From an uncultured Candidatus Saccharibacteria bacterium (lineage in GTDB: Bacteria > Patescibacteriota > Saccharimonadia > Saccharimonadales > JAGQNK01): a DNA stretch of 60,368 nucleotides. Positions 51,274 through 60,149 of the stretch are shown piece after piece. Position 1 is the stretch's first letter; each line of letters opens with the position of its first letter. The position numbers were made by a program, and so were the translations under genes. The stretch covers positions 1 to 60,368 of the forward strand of contig CAZWRG010000004.1 of assembly GCA_964636355.1 (NCBI GenBank), read 5' to 3'. A model generated the notes under the pieces. That model saw nothing but the letters and a program-made list of their open reading frames with translations. It was not told where the DNA came from and did not search any database.

Positions 51274-53028
51274 ATGCAGGAAAATATAAAACGCTTTGCT
51301 TCAATTGAGGCCACTGAGGCTGCGCTCCGAGCTTATGTACCGGTTGTTAAGGAAATAACCGGCAAAGACATTACTTTGCAGCGCATGGAGCCATTAATGG
51401 CAGCGCTTGGTAACCCACAGAATAAACTGAAAATTGTTCACATAGCCGGCACATCCGGTAAAACATCAACTGCATATTATATTGCAAAAATGTTGCAAAG
51501 ACAGGGAAGAAAAGTTGGCTTAACTGTTTCACCGCACATCGATAGTGTAACCGAAAGAGTGCAAATAAACTCTTCTCCAATCAGCGAATGGGAGTTCACA
51601 GATGCGCTTGGTGAATTCTGGGATATTATTGAATCGGTTAGTCCGCAGCCATCGTATTTTGAACTGCTGGCGGCTTTTGCATATTGGTATTTTGAAAAAG
51701 TTGGTGTTGATATTGCAGTTGTAGAAACTGGTTTTGGGGGACTGCACGATGGTACAAATGTAGCCAATAATTCTAACAAAATCTGCGCTATTACAGATAT
51801 CGGGCTCGATCATACGCAGATATTAGGCGAGAGTTTAGATTTAATTGCTGCTCAAAAAGTCGGGATTGTTCATCCCAAAAATACGCTAATTACTTATCAC
51901 CAGTCAGAACAAATTGATGAAATATTTCGTGGACATGCAATGGCAGTTTCAGCGGAGATTTTATTTCAAAATCAAGCTGATTTATTTAGTCGCTACACCA
52001 ACTCTGGGCTTCTGGAGCTCCCAGCGTATCAACAGAGGAATTGGCTACTTGCCAGAATGGTTTGCGAAACCGTTGCAAAAATACACAATCTTGACTTAGA
52101 TGATCAATCAATTCAGGCAAGTTTATCGGTTGATATTCCTGGCCGTATGGACACGCAGACTGTAGACGACCAGATAATTATTATGGACGGGGCGCATAAC
52201 GAACAGAAGAATAATGCTTTTATAGATAGCTTTCAGCAGAAATTCCCTGATCAAAAAGTTCCGCTATTGGTTAGTTTTAAGCAAGATAAAGAGTATCTAA
52301 AGATTCTTCCTTTGCTACGTCAGATTTCAGATGAAATTATCGTGACTTCTTTTGAGGCATTGCAGGATTTACCGGTTAAATCTCAGGATGTGTCGACTTT
52401 AGCTAAAGCGGCTAGGGAGTCCGGCTTTAAATCGGTAATTGAAATAGCGGATAGTCGAGCCGCGTACCAAAAACTTCTTGAAATATCTAACGGCTTAGCG
52501 GTGATTACCGGGTCATTTTACTTGATAGCTCTAGCTAGGTTATACGCACGGCAAAAAGTTGTGCGGGCTATTGCGGCAATTGATGATAATTATGGACTGG
52601 CCGATGACCACGGTATTCCTTGGAGTTTGCCTCTTGATCGCCGCTATACTAAAGAAAAAACCATGGGCGGCGCGCTGCTTATGGGATATAACACCTACAT
52701 AGAATTTGAATCTCCGCTGACAGGGCGGAGAAATTTAGTACTGGTTGATGAAACGCAAGTTTTGCGGGATGGTTTCGAGCCGATTAGAAGTGTAGAGGAA
52801 TTTTTTAAAGAACCGCCGGCCAACCTATGGCTTTTTGGCGGTGCTGGGGCGTTTAGGGAAACACTCGAATATGCTGATGAGCTTTATTTGACGAGAGTTA
52901 AGGGTGATTTTGATTGCACTAAGTTTTTCCCGCCGTTTGAAAAAGATTTTGCATTAGCGTCCAGTAGCAAATCATACACCGAAAACGGAATCAGATTTCA
53001 ATTTGAAATCTGGCGCAGAAAACATTGA
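51274..53028 (+). CDS. folC: Folylpolyglutamate/dihydrofolate synthase (FolC) fused to dihydrofolate reductase (DHFR)
   Basis: Mur-ligase P-loop HIAGTSGKTST. From about aa 445 it reads VVRAIAAIDDNYGLADDHGIPWSLPLDRRYTKEKT...LMGYNTY...LFGGAGAF...LYLTRVKGDFDCTKFFP. TGGTATAAT lies 9 nt before ATG 51274. Confidence 0.85.
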   Translation: MQENIKRFASIEATEAALRAYVPVVKEITGKDITLQRMEPLMAALGNPQNKLKIVHIAGTSGKTSTAYYIAKMLQRQGRKVGLTVSPHIDSVTERVQINSSPISEWEFTDALGEFWDIIESVSPQPSYFELLAAFAYWYFEKVGVDIAVVETGFGGLHDGTNVANNSNKICAITDIGLDHTQILGESLDLIAAQKVGIVHPKNTLITYHQSEQIDEIFRGHAMAVSAEILFQNQADLFSRYTNSGLLELPAYQQRNWLLARMVCETVAKIHNLDLDDQSIQASLSVDIPGRMDTQTVDDQIIIMDGAHNEQKNNAFIDSFQQKFPDQKVPLLVSFKQDKEYLKILPLLRQISDEIIVTSFEALQDLPVKSQDVSTLAKAARESGFKSVIEIADSRAAYQKLLEISNGLAVITGSFYLIALARLYARQKVVRAIAAIDDNYGLADDHGIPWSLPLDRRYTKEKTMGGALLMGYNTYIEFESPLTGRRNLVLVDETQVLRDGFEPIRSVEEFFKEPPANLWLFGGAGAFRETLEYADELYLTRVKGDFDCTKFFPPFEKDFALASSSKSYTENGIRFQFEIWRRKH

Positions 53029-53053
53029 AAAAAACAACAAGTTCTGCTAAAAT
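53025..53053 (+). promoter_or_regulatory. Sigma-70-type promoter driving leader C and tRNA-Lys(CUU)
   Basis: TTGAAA, a 17-nt spacer, TAAAAT, then the discriminator CCCCCTGTTGCAG. The -35 box overlaps the folC stop. Confidence 0.65.
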
Positions 53054-53059
53054 CCCCCT

Positions 53060-53188
53060 GTTGCAGCCAACCAAATTTGCGAGAGGATTCGCAAATTTGA
53101 GAGGAGATGGCTTGTCTTGGGTAGATAGTTCTGCCGAGCAAACTTGTTTTGTCGGCAGAACAGCTACCCAAACATCACACATCGACGA
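53060..53188 (+). ncRNA. Structured tRNA-leader element, copy C
   Basis: Hairpin 1 is CAAATTTGCGA-GAGGAT-TCGCAAATTTG. The linker is AGAGGAGATGGCT. Hairpin 2 is TTGGGTAG..TCTGCCGA-GCAAACTTGTTTTG-TCGGCAGA..CTACCCAA. The tail ACACATCGACGA abuts the tRNA. Confidence 0.6.
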
Positions 53189-53265
53189 GGGTCATTAGCT
53201 CAGCTGGTTAGAGCACCTGCCTCTTAAGCAGGGTGTCCTGGGTTCGAGCCCCAGATGACCCTCCA
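53189..53265 (+). tRNA. tRNA-Lys(CUU), CCA encoded
   Basis: GGGTCAT/ATGACCC acceptor, anticodon loop CT-CTT-AA, T-loop TTCGAGC. Confidence 0.95.
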
Positions 53266-53304
53266 TACTTGTAATATTAGATCCTTTGTGTTATTGTATA
53301 CATC

Positions 53305-53604
53305 ATGAAACCTGAATTTGAAAAATATCGTGGTGAACGCAAGACACCAAAAGAAATTACAGCTGCTCGTTTACCTGCTGATTTGAAGGCTGAAGCGGAG
53401 CTTATTGCAGCGGCAGAAGACGATTCATTAACTGGATTGCTTATTGAGGGCATTGCTAGAGTTATTGAAGACCGTCGTAGTGATCCAGATTACTCCAGTA
53501 GTATTCGTCTATCATTAGAAGCCCAAGCCCAAGACCTAGAGACTCAGCTGGCAGCTACACAAAAATTGCTGGGAAACTTCACGGCAGAGCCAGGCCAAGC
53601 CTAA
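53305..53604 (+). CDS. 99-aa hypothetical protein, possibly ribbon-helix-helix
   Basis: ITAARLPADLKAEAELIAAAEDDSLTGLLIEGIARVIE fits a beta-alpha-alpha pattern. There is no partner toxin gene nearby. Confidence 0.35.
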   Translation: MKPEFEKYRGERKTPKEITAARLPADLKAEAELIAAAEDDSLTGLLIEGIARVIEDRRSDPDYSSSIRLSLEAQAQDLETQLAATQKLLGNFTAEPGQA

Positions 53605-53650
53605 TTCTAGTTGCGATAACATCCACGATAGCCCTCCAAGAAAAAATCGT

Positions 53651-53669
53651 CCGCTGGGGCGGTTTTTTT
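53651..53669 (+). terminator. Rho-independent terminator
   Basis: CCGC-TGGG-GCGG followed by TTTTTTTG. Confidence 0.7.
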
Positions 53670-53725
53670 GTTTCCGTTAGGTAGTTAATAGGTGATATAA
53701 TTAACGTACTTAAGGAGCGAAAGTT

Positions 53726-54133
53726 ATGATTGAAGTCTCGGTAACGGTTAATGCCTCGACAGAAGAGGTGTGGCAAAAATATACCAGTCTGGAGGGGGTT
53801 CAGTACTGGTCGTTTGCAAGTGACGACTGGGCGGCTGAAGGTCTGGAGAATAATCTTGAGGTAGGCGGCAGCTTTAAAAATCGTAACTTTGCAAAAGATG
53901 GATCGATGGAATTCATACTTAGTGGTCGCTATACTGAGGTGATGCCGGAGGAAAGATTAGCTTACACACTTGATGACGGACGCAAGGTAGAAGTCGATTT
54001 TATTGGACAGCCTGGATCAACTGTATTGCGTCAGCGTTTCGATCCAGAAACATTCAATTCTGAGGAAAAGCAAAAACAAGGTTGGCAAGCCTACCTTGAT
54101 AACTTCAAAAAATACGTCGAATCCAGCTCTTAG
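53726..54133 (+). CDS. SRPBCC/AHSA1-domain protein
   Basis: VNASTEEVWQKYTSLEGVQYW...GGSF...RLAYTL. TGATATAAT and AAGGAG lie upstream. Confidence 0.75.
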   Translation: MIEVSVTVNASTEEVWQKYTSLEGVQYWSFASDDWAAEGLENNLEVGGSFKNRNFAKDGSMEFILSGRYTEVMPEERLAYTLDDGRKVEVDFIGQPGSTVLRQRFDPETFNSEEKQKQGWQAYLDNFKKYVESSS

Positions 54134-54206
54134 CAGCTAGCGTTTAGCTATTATATTTTTGGAGACGGCACATTTTTCGGCTATACTGCCGGTAGAGTTT
54201 TCGCTT

Positions 54207-54872
54207 ATGGCTAAACAAAAAACATCTAAAACCACGGCTCCAAAATCCCGCAGTCAAAAGCCAATCTTAGCTAACCCAACCGTTCAGGTTGTGCTAGCGG
54301 CATTATTGTTCGTGGGCTCGGTTATAGCCTCTCGAAGTGCTGACATGACCGCCTGGGAGACAAAACTCTTTTTGAATATTTATAATTGGCCGGACTTTTT
54401 GCTACCAGTTTTCTTAGTTATAACTCAATTTGGAAGTGTCTACGCCCTAGGTATGTTGTTGCTGTTTTATTTTGTGGCAAAGCGTTACCATATCGTGCTT
54501 AGAATGTTGATGTCTGGACTGCTGGCTTATCTGTTATCCGGATTTGCTAAAGATATGTGGGGGAGGCTTAGGCCGCATGATTTTCTGCTCGATATAATTA
54601 GCCGTGATTATATTGTGCGCGGCCCTGGTTTTCCGTCTGGGCACACTGCTTTGGCGGTTGCCTTGGCGCTGACAATTGGTCATTATTTGCCTCGTAAATA
54701 TCGGTGGAGCGTACCAGTTATTATTTTAGGAGTGGCTTTGTCGCGAATCTATTTGGGTGTCCACGCACCGCTTGATATCATTGGTGGCTTCGCGATTGGT
54801 TGGTTTAGTTACGCGCTTTTTCGTCATGTTCGCTTACAAGACATTAGTTATGCTCGCCGTCACAAAAAATAA
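54207..54872 (+). CDS. PAP2-family phosphatase (membrane)
   Basis: KDMWGRLRP, PSGH and SRIYLGVHAPLD motifs. ATG 54207 is preferred over TTG 54159. Confidence 0.88.
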   Translation: MAKQKTSKTTAPKSRSQKPILANPTVQVVLAALLFVGSVIASRSADMTAWETKLFLNIYNWPDFLLPVFLVITQFGSVYALGMLLLFYFVAKRYHIVLRMLMSGLLAYLLSGFAKDMWGRLRPHDFLLDIISRDYIVRGPGFPSGHTALAVALALTIGHYLPRKYRWSVPVIILGVALSRIYLGVHAPLDIIGGFAIGWFSYALFRHVRLQDISYARRHKK

Positions 54873-54892
54873 ACTGTGCTAACATAGGGAGC

Positions 54893-55606
54893 ATGAATCT
54901 TAGGCCCCAATCTTTAGTTCGCCGCATAACGCTTTATCTGGGTTTGGCGATTGCTGCAATGGTGATCGTGCACTTGATATTGCAGTATTTGAACATGGAT
55001 GTTTTTTATCAGCAGAACGGTCCGGTTTACGAGCTGTCTAATCGGTTTGATCTGGATGATGAATCAAGTGTGCCAACTTGGTTTTCGCAAGTTTTGTTTT
55101 TGCTGATTAGCGCCAGTGCATTTTTGGCGTCGATTATGGAATCGTCTTTGCCGCGGCGCAATATATGGCGGCTGATCGCACTTGGTACGCTGATATTTTC
55201 AATCGATGAAATTGCGACGCTGCACGAATTTACACTGCAAACGGTCCACGTGCTGTTCTTTGGCGAGTCCAGCCCAACCGGACTTTCCAATGCCTGGCTG
55301 TTATTATTGCCATTTGTGCTGGCTATTGGGCTGTGGCTTATCTGGCAAATTGCCCGGCATTTTCCTCGCAAGATGATTATTCAATTTGCACTGGCTGGTT
55401 CGGTTTTTATATTTGGGGCTGTGTTTGTCGATATTTTGGCCAGCACTGTGGCCAGGGACACATTTTTAAACCAGGGAATTATAGTCGCTGTTGAGGAAAC
55501 GTTTGAGCTGGTCGCTAGCTTGATAGTGCTTTATGCGATTTTGCGCTACATCGAGACAGAGAACCACGCCAAGCTCTCTAAGGCGTGGTCACAAATTAAG
55601 GCTTAG
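54893..55606 (+). CDS. Polytopic membrane protein (hypothetical)
   Basis: 237 aa with about 6 TM helices. I recognise no motif. Confidence 0.4.
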   Translation: MNLRPQSLVRRITLYLGLAIAAMVIVHLILQYLNMDVFYQQNGPVYELSNRFDLDDESSVPTWFSQVLFLLISASAFLASIMESSLPRRNIWRLIALGTLIFSIDEIATLHEFTLQTVHVLFFGESSPTGLSNAWLLLLPFVLAIGLWLIWQIARHFPRKMIIQFALAGSVFIFGAVFVDILASTVARDTFLNQGIIVAVEETFELVASLIVLYAILRYIETENHAKLSKAWSQIKA

Positions 55607-55616
55607 ATAAATAAAA

Positions 55617-55647
55617 TAACCGCTACTAGTGCTGCAGCGGTTATTTA
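55617..55647. terminator. Bidirectional terminator between convergent genes
   Basis: TAACCGCT-...-AGCGGTTA stem flanked by an A-run and TTT. Confidence 0.7.
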
Positions 55648-55671
55648 AGTTTTAGATAAAACTAATTTGGA

Positions 55672-56283
55672 TTACGATCGAGCTTCGCCAACTGCATCGG
55701 TGTTAAAGTTAACGCCAACAGTGTATGCTTGCCAGGCTTTTTTGGCGGCATCAGATAAGTTTTCAGCTTTTTCAACCCATTCTTTAACAGTAGCTTCACC
55801 AATGACAACTTTTTGGCCACGGTTAACTTCTGGGGAGTTGGCGGCGCGGGTGATGTTGGTTTCGGCGAACAAAATCTGGGCTTCAGATAAGTTTACGTTA
55901 TTGGTCAGGCCGTAGGTTTGCACTGCTTTTCGGGCCATCAAAGAGTATGAATCGCCAGCTTGAGCAGTGTATTCGAAGCTGTTGGCAGCTGATGACTGTT
56001 CATTATTTTCTTCTGCTGGCTGCTCTTGATCTTTCTCTTGCTTGTTTTCCTCAGCTTTTTCGTCGGTTTTTGCTTCTTCTTTTGCTTCTTCTTTTGGCTC
56101 TTCTTCTTTATTTTCAGCGGCTTGCTTGTTTTTGTTTCGCTGATCTTCGGCTTTTTGCTCTTGGCCTTGGTTATTGTTTTGGTCGTTAGCGTTAGAGTTG
56201 TTATTTGAGGCCAGCGCGATTGCCGCTACAGCCGCCACAATAAAAACGATTATTGCTAAGTTAGATTTGTTAGGTAGTTTCAT
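55672..56283 (-). CDS. N-terminally anchored protein with a Glu/Lys/Asn/Gln low-complexity spacer and a LysM-like C-terminal domain
   Basis: TM helix LAIIVFIVAAVAAIALA. EYTAQAGDSYSLMARKAV resembles the start of a LysM domain. Confidence 0.4.
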   Translation of the reverse strand: MKLPNKSNLAIIVFIVAAVAAIALASNNNSNANDQNNNQGQEQKAEDQRNKNKQAAENKEEEPKEEAKEEAKTDEKAEENKQEKDQEQPAEENNEQSSAANSFEYTAQAGDSYSLMARKAVQTYGLTNNVNLSEAQILFAETNITRAANSPEVNRGQKVVIGEATVKEWVEKAENLSDAAKKAWQAYTVGVNFNTDAVGEARS

Positions 56284-56428
56284 AAAGGTAGCCCTCTCTT
56301 TTGCCCACCATTAATTACGATGACCAAATAATAACATTACTTATGCTTAGTGGCAACAAATTGCTTTAGCTAGAATGTTGTAAATTATTGGGAAATATCG
56401 ACGGTTTTTGCTAATCTGTTAAACAGAT

Positions 56429-57241
56429 ATGAAAATTTTAAATGGCAAGGAACTAGCCGAGTTTATTAAAGAGCGGCAGGCTAAGCAAGTCAGAGGCTTG
56501 CGGCAGGCCGACGGCATAAATCCAGCCCTAGCAATCATCCAATGCGTTGACGATCCGGTGATCAACACCTATGTTCGTTTAAAAAAACAATACGGCGCCG
56601 ATATTGGGATTGATGTCAGGCATTACATTGTCAATCAGCCCGAGATACCAAAGCTCATCGAAGAATTAAATAATGATAATCAGATTCATGGCATCATTGT
56701 TCAGCTTCCGGTTCAGGATAAATCGCAGACTGATTTTTTGGTCGGTTTAGTTGCGCCAAGTAAAGACGTCGATGCACTTGGGCCAAATCCAGAGTTCGAA
56801 CCAGCCACGCCAATGGCCATTATGTGGCTGCTGTCTGGCTATAATATTGAACTTCGCGGCAAAAAAATATTGCTAATCGGCAGAGGTAAATTAGTTGGCG
56901 GGCCACTGGAGAGTATTCTCAAAAACTCTGGGCATGATGTAATTGTTGCAGATAGGAACACGCCTGATCTTAAAGGCGAAGCGCTCAAGGCTGATGTCAT
57001 CATCACAGCTGCCGGCAGTCCGGCAATACTATTCTCAGACATGGTAAAACAGGGTGCTGTGGTGGTTGATGCTGGCGTAGCGTCTGAAGACGGCAAAACA
57101 GTCGGCGATGTCGCTCCAGAGCTTTATGAAAGAGACGATCTAACAATAACACCAGTCAAAGGCGGGGTGGGCCCGTTGACGGTTTGCGCGCTGTTTGAGA
57201 ATGTAATCCGCTCAGCCAGAAAGGTGGCCGGTGAGCGTTAG
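56429..57241 (+). CDS. folD: Bifunctional methylene-THF dehydrogenase/methenyl-THF cyclohydrolase
   Basis: YVRLKKQ...HGIIVQLP...GRGKLVGGPL...PVKGGVGPLT. Confidence 0.95.
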   Translation: MKILNGKELAEFIKERQAKQVRGLRQADGINPALAIIQCVDDPVINTYVRLKKQYGADIGIDVRHYIVNQPEIPKLIEELNNDNQIHGIIVQLPVQDKSQTDFLVGLVAPSKDVDALGPNPEFEPATPMAIMWLLSGYNIELRGKKILLIGRGKLVGGPLESILKNSGHDVIVADRNTPDLKGEALKADVIITAAGSPAILFSDMVKQGAVVVDAGVASEDGKTVGDVAPELYERDDLTITPVKGGVGPLTVCALFENVIRSARKVAGER

Positions 57242-57800
57242 CATTGAGCATGACCCATTAAATCTAGAGGCCAGATTGCGAAATCTAGGCATCGTTCAGT
57301 CTATGGAGCCAAGCCAGCTCGCATCAGGGGTAATTGCTAACACCAAGGTTGACGCCGATGTAATCCTGCCCGGATTGCCAGAGTTTGATCAAACTGTTGA
57401 TGGTCTTTGCGAATTAGCAGAAGAATTTAAGCCTGACTTACTGGTTCCAATGCCAAGCGGCGCCGATCGTTTCGTGGAGGCTATGAGTTATGAAATGGAT
57501 ATCCCTTATGTAGCTCTTCGCAAGCAAGCTGGCAAATTAATTTTACAAAATCCTTATTATAACTGCCTGATGCTGCGCGGTAAAAGCAGAATCTTACTGG
57601 TAGATGATGTATACACCTCTGGATCAACCATAAAGAAAGCTCTCGCGGTAAAGGAACTCGTGGGCAAATCGATCCTTGGTGCAGTTGTTATTTGGGATCG
57701 AAGCGAAGAAAAGCCTAAAGAAACTCCCGTTCCACTAAAATCACTGATCCACCGTCACGTCCCATATATGACTGATGTTCCCAAGGTACCCAAAACATGA
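57231..57800 (+). CDS. Phosphoribosyltransferase-fold protein (type I PRTase)
   Basis: PRPP loop RILLVDDVYTSGSTIKKA. GTG start overlapping the folD end. Confidence 0.65.
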   Translation: MSVSIEHDPLNLEARLRNLGIVQSMEPSQLASGVIANTKVDADVILPGLPEFDQTVDGLCELAEEFKPDLLVPMPSGADRFVEAMSYEMDIPYVALRKQAGKLILQNPYYNCLMLRGKSRILLVDDVYTSGSTIKKALAVKELVGKSILGAVVIWDRSEEKPKETPVPLKSLIHRHVPYMTDVPKVPKT

Positions 57801-58444
57801 AAATTGGGGTTTTTGATTCGGGAGTGGGCGGCAAATCTGTTGCTTTAGCTATACAGAAGCAGCTGCCAGGTCACCAAGTGGTATTTAGAAATGATGTCAA
57901 GAATGTACCTTATGGCAACAAGACTCCACAGGAATTATTAGAGCTAGTTTTGCCAATTTTAAAAGATTTACAATCGAGCGTTGATGTCATTGTAATAGCC
58001 TGTAACACCGTAAGTACTACGTTAATTAGTAAGCTAAGAGAGCTTTTAGATGTGCCACTGATAGCTATTGAGCCAATGGTCAAACCCGCCTGCGAAACAA
58101 CAAAAAGCAAGGTCATTGCAGTTTGTGCCACACCGACCACCCTTAAGAGTAAACGCTATAATGAACTGAAGTCTCTTTACGGCGCAGGAATAAAAATTCT
58201 GGAGCCTGATTGCAGCGACTGGTCGTTCATGATTGAGTCAAATTCAGTGGATCACCACAAAATTAATAACCGCATTACCGAAGTATGCCAGCTCGGAGCG
58301 GATGTAATTGTCCTGGCTTGCACTCATTATCACTGGATCGAAGATGAAATTAAGCAAATTGCTGATAAATACAGTACAGAGGTGATTCAGCCGGAGCAGG
58401 CAATAATCAGACAGCTCAAGAGAGTTCTGCGACAGCTTGGATGA
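57797..58444 (+). CDS. murI: Glutamate racemase (short form)
   Basis: IGVFDSGVGG, IACNTVS and LACTHYH. Confidence 0.78.
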   Translation: MKIGVFDSGVGGKSVALAIQKQLPGHQVVFRNDVKNVPYGNKTPQELLELVLPILKDLQSSVDVIVIACNTVSTTLISKLRELLDVPLIAIEPMVKPACETTKSKVIAVCATPTTLKSKRYNELKSLYGAGIKILEPDCSDWSFMIESNSVDHHKINNRITEVCQLGADVIVLACTHYHWIEDEIKQIADKYSTEVIQPEQAIIRQLKRVLRQLG

Positions 58445-59723
58445 ACTTTTCAGCCCTGTCTTTATAATTTTTGAACATACCAAAACTCGCACAGCCGGTA
58501 GAGAGCAATACTACATCGCCCTCTTCAGTCAAGGCTTGAGCCTTGTTGACTATTTCTTCCATATTGTTGCCGCCGTCGGAAAAGTCGTGGTAGCCGATTG
58601 ATCGTAGTGCTTGTTGGATTTTTATAGCAGTGTTGCCAATTGTAAGAACATGTTTTACGTTGGATTTCTTGACTGCCGAGGCGAGCTCGCCAAAGTCCGC
58701 ACCCTTGTCCGAGCCGCCTAAAATCATAATCTTAGGCTGCTTGATAGCTTCCATGGCTACGATTGCTGTTTCCGGAGTGGTTCCAAATGAATCGTCGTAA
58801 TATTTTACAGATCTAACCTCACGCACTAGCTCCAGGCGATGTTCCAGCCCGGTAAAGCTTGTTAATACCTGCCGGCAGGCATCCGCATCCTGAACTATCT
58901 GCCACACGGCAGTTACAGCGGCGCAGACGTTTTGCCAGTTATGCTTGCCGAGTAATTTCAGCTCGTCGGTGCGGCAAATCACCTGATTACTTATCATGAT
59001 GGAATCATCTTTTATATAAGCTCCGGGCGGCTGGTAATAGGGGATTAGATCGCCGCCAGATTCTTTGGCTATATCCTTAGAAACAGAATTTTCACTGTAA
59101 TAAATTGCGACATCGTCGCTTTTTTGCCATTTGAATAACTGCTTTTTGGCCTTGATGTACTCGTCCATATCGGTATGCCAGTCCAAATGTTCAGGCACTA
59201 CCATTAAACAAACTGCGATCTTGGGTGAACTTTTTAAATCAATCAGCTGAAAATTAGCTAGTTCCAGTACTACCCAGTCATCTGGCTGGATGTTATCTTT
59301 CAGCATTTTAAGCGGCGGCGTGCCGATATTTCCACCCAGATGCACTTTATATCCGGCAGCTTCCAGAATTTTGGCAATTAAAGTAGAGGTCGTACCTTTG
59401 CCTTTAGTGCCAGTGACACCGATTATATTTCTGGTCGGGCAGGCCTTTAAAAACTCATTTGTATTACTCCAGACTTTATCAAGAATATCTGTAGCATTTG
59501 GATTGGCTTCGACTATTTTATTGGGGTGCAAGATAGGGGTCCGAATTAGTAGGTCAAATCGGTCCAGGTTTTTTAAAGCATCTTCACCCAATTGGCTTTT
59601 TACGCCTGCTGGCACTTCGGTATTTGCATTAGAATCGCAAATAGTAATTTCGTTGTCCGGCGTATTCCAGTACTCATAAGAGGACTTACCTTGGCCAGCA
59701 AAACCCAAAATAGCAATTTTCAT
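58416..59723 (-). CDS. murD: UDP-N-acetylmuramoyl-L-alanine--D-glutamate ligase
   Basis: GVTGTKGKGTTSTL and GLEHRLE, with a Mur-ligase C-terminal domain. Confidence 0.9.
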   Translation of the reverse strand: MKIAILGFAGQGKSSYEYWNTPDNEITICDSNANTEVPAGVKSQLGEDALKNLDRFDLLIRTPILHPNKIVEANPNATDILDKVWSNTNEFLKACPTRNIIGVTGTKGKGTTSTLIAKILEAAGYKVHLGGNIGTPPLKMLKDNIQPDDWVVLELANFQLIDLKSSPKIAVCLMVVPEHLDWHTDMDEYIKAKKQLFKWQKSDDVAIYYSENSVSKDIAKESGGDLIPYYQPPGAYIKDDSIMISNQVICRTDELKLLGKHNWQNVCAAVTAVWQIVQDADACRQVLTSFTGLEHRLELVREVRSVKYYDDSFGTTPETAIVAMEAIKQPKIMILGGSDKGADFGELASAVKKSNVKHVLTIGNTAIKIQQALRSIGYHDFSDGGNNMEEIVNKAQALTEEGDVVLLSTGCASFGMFKNYKDRAEKFIQAVAELS

Positions 59724-59755
59724 ATCTAAATAATACCTTACCTAGGTGGTATTTC

Positions 59756-60127
59756 TTAAGCGGCTAGTTCTTTTTTGACCATTTCGGCCACCTGGCGAGG
59801 TGTCATTTCGGCTTTAACAATAAACCGGCGAACGTCAAGCTTTTTAATAATATCTGGGGCCTCTTGCTCTCCCATATTGGTTAGGACGATTACTTTGATG
59901 CGCTTGCCCCAGTCCGTTGCTCGCATTTTTTCCAGCATCTCATCACCATTCATCTCTGGCATCATCAGATCAACTAGCATAATATCTGGTTTCATTTCTT
60001 CAGCCAGGGCTAGCCCAAGTTTACCGTTTTCGGCAGTTTCTACATCGTAGCCCTCTGCCTCAAACTTGATGCGGTACATCTGTGATATTGCTTGGTCGTC
60101 TTCTATAATTGCAATTTTGGTAGCCAT
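59756..60127 (-). CDS. Stand-alone response-regulator receiver (CheY-like) protein
   Basis: IAIIEDD...IMLVDLMMPEMNGDEML...VLTN...KA. Confidence 0.88.
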   Translation of the reverse strand: MATKIAIIEDDQAISQMYRIKFEAEGYDVETAENGKLGLALAEEMKPDIMLVDLMMPEMNGDEMLEKMRATDWGKRIKVIVLTNMGEQEAPDIIKKLDVRRFIVKAEMTPRQVAEMVKKELAA

Positions 60128-60149
60128 ATTAATATCCTATCATTAGTCG

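Noticed and set aside
53107-53124. A mini-ORF (AGGAG-ATG GCT TGT CTT GGG TAG, MACLG) inside leader copy C.
   Set aside because: The ATG and the reading frame are absent from copies A and B, whereas the RNA structure is conserved. The AGGAG is therefore part of the RNA linker, not an SD.
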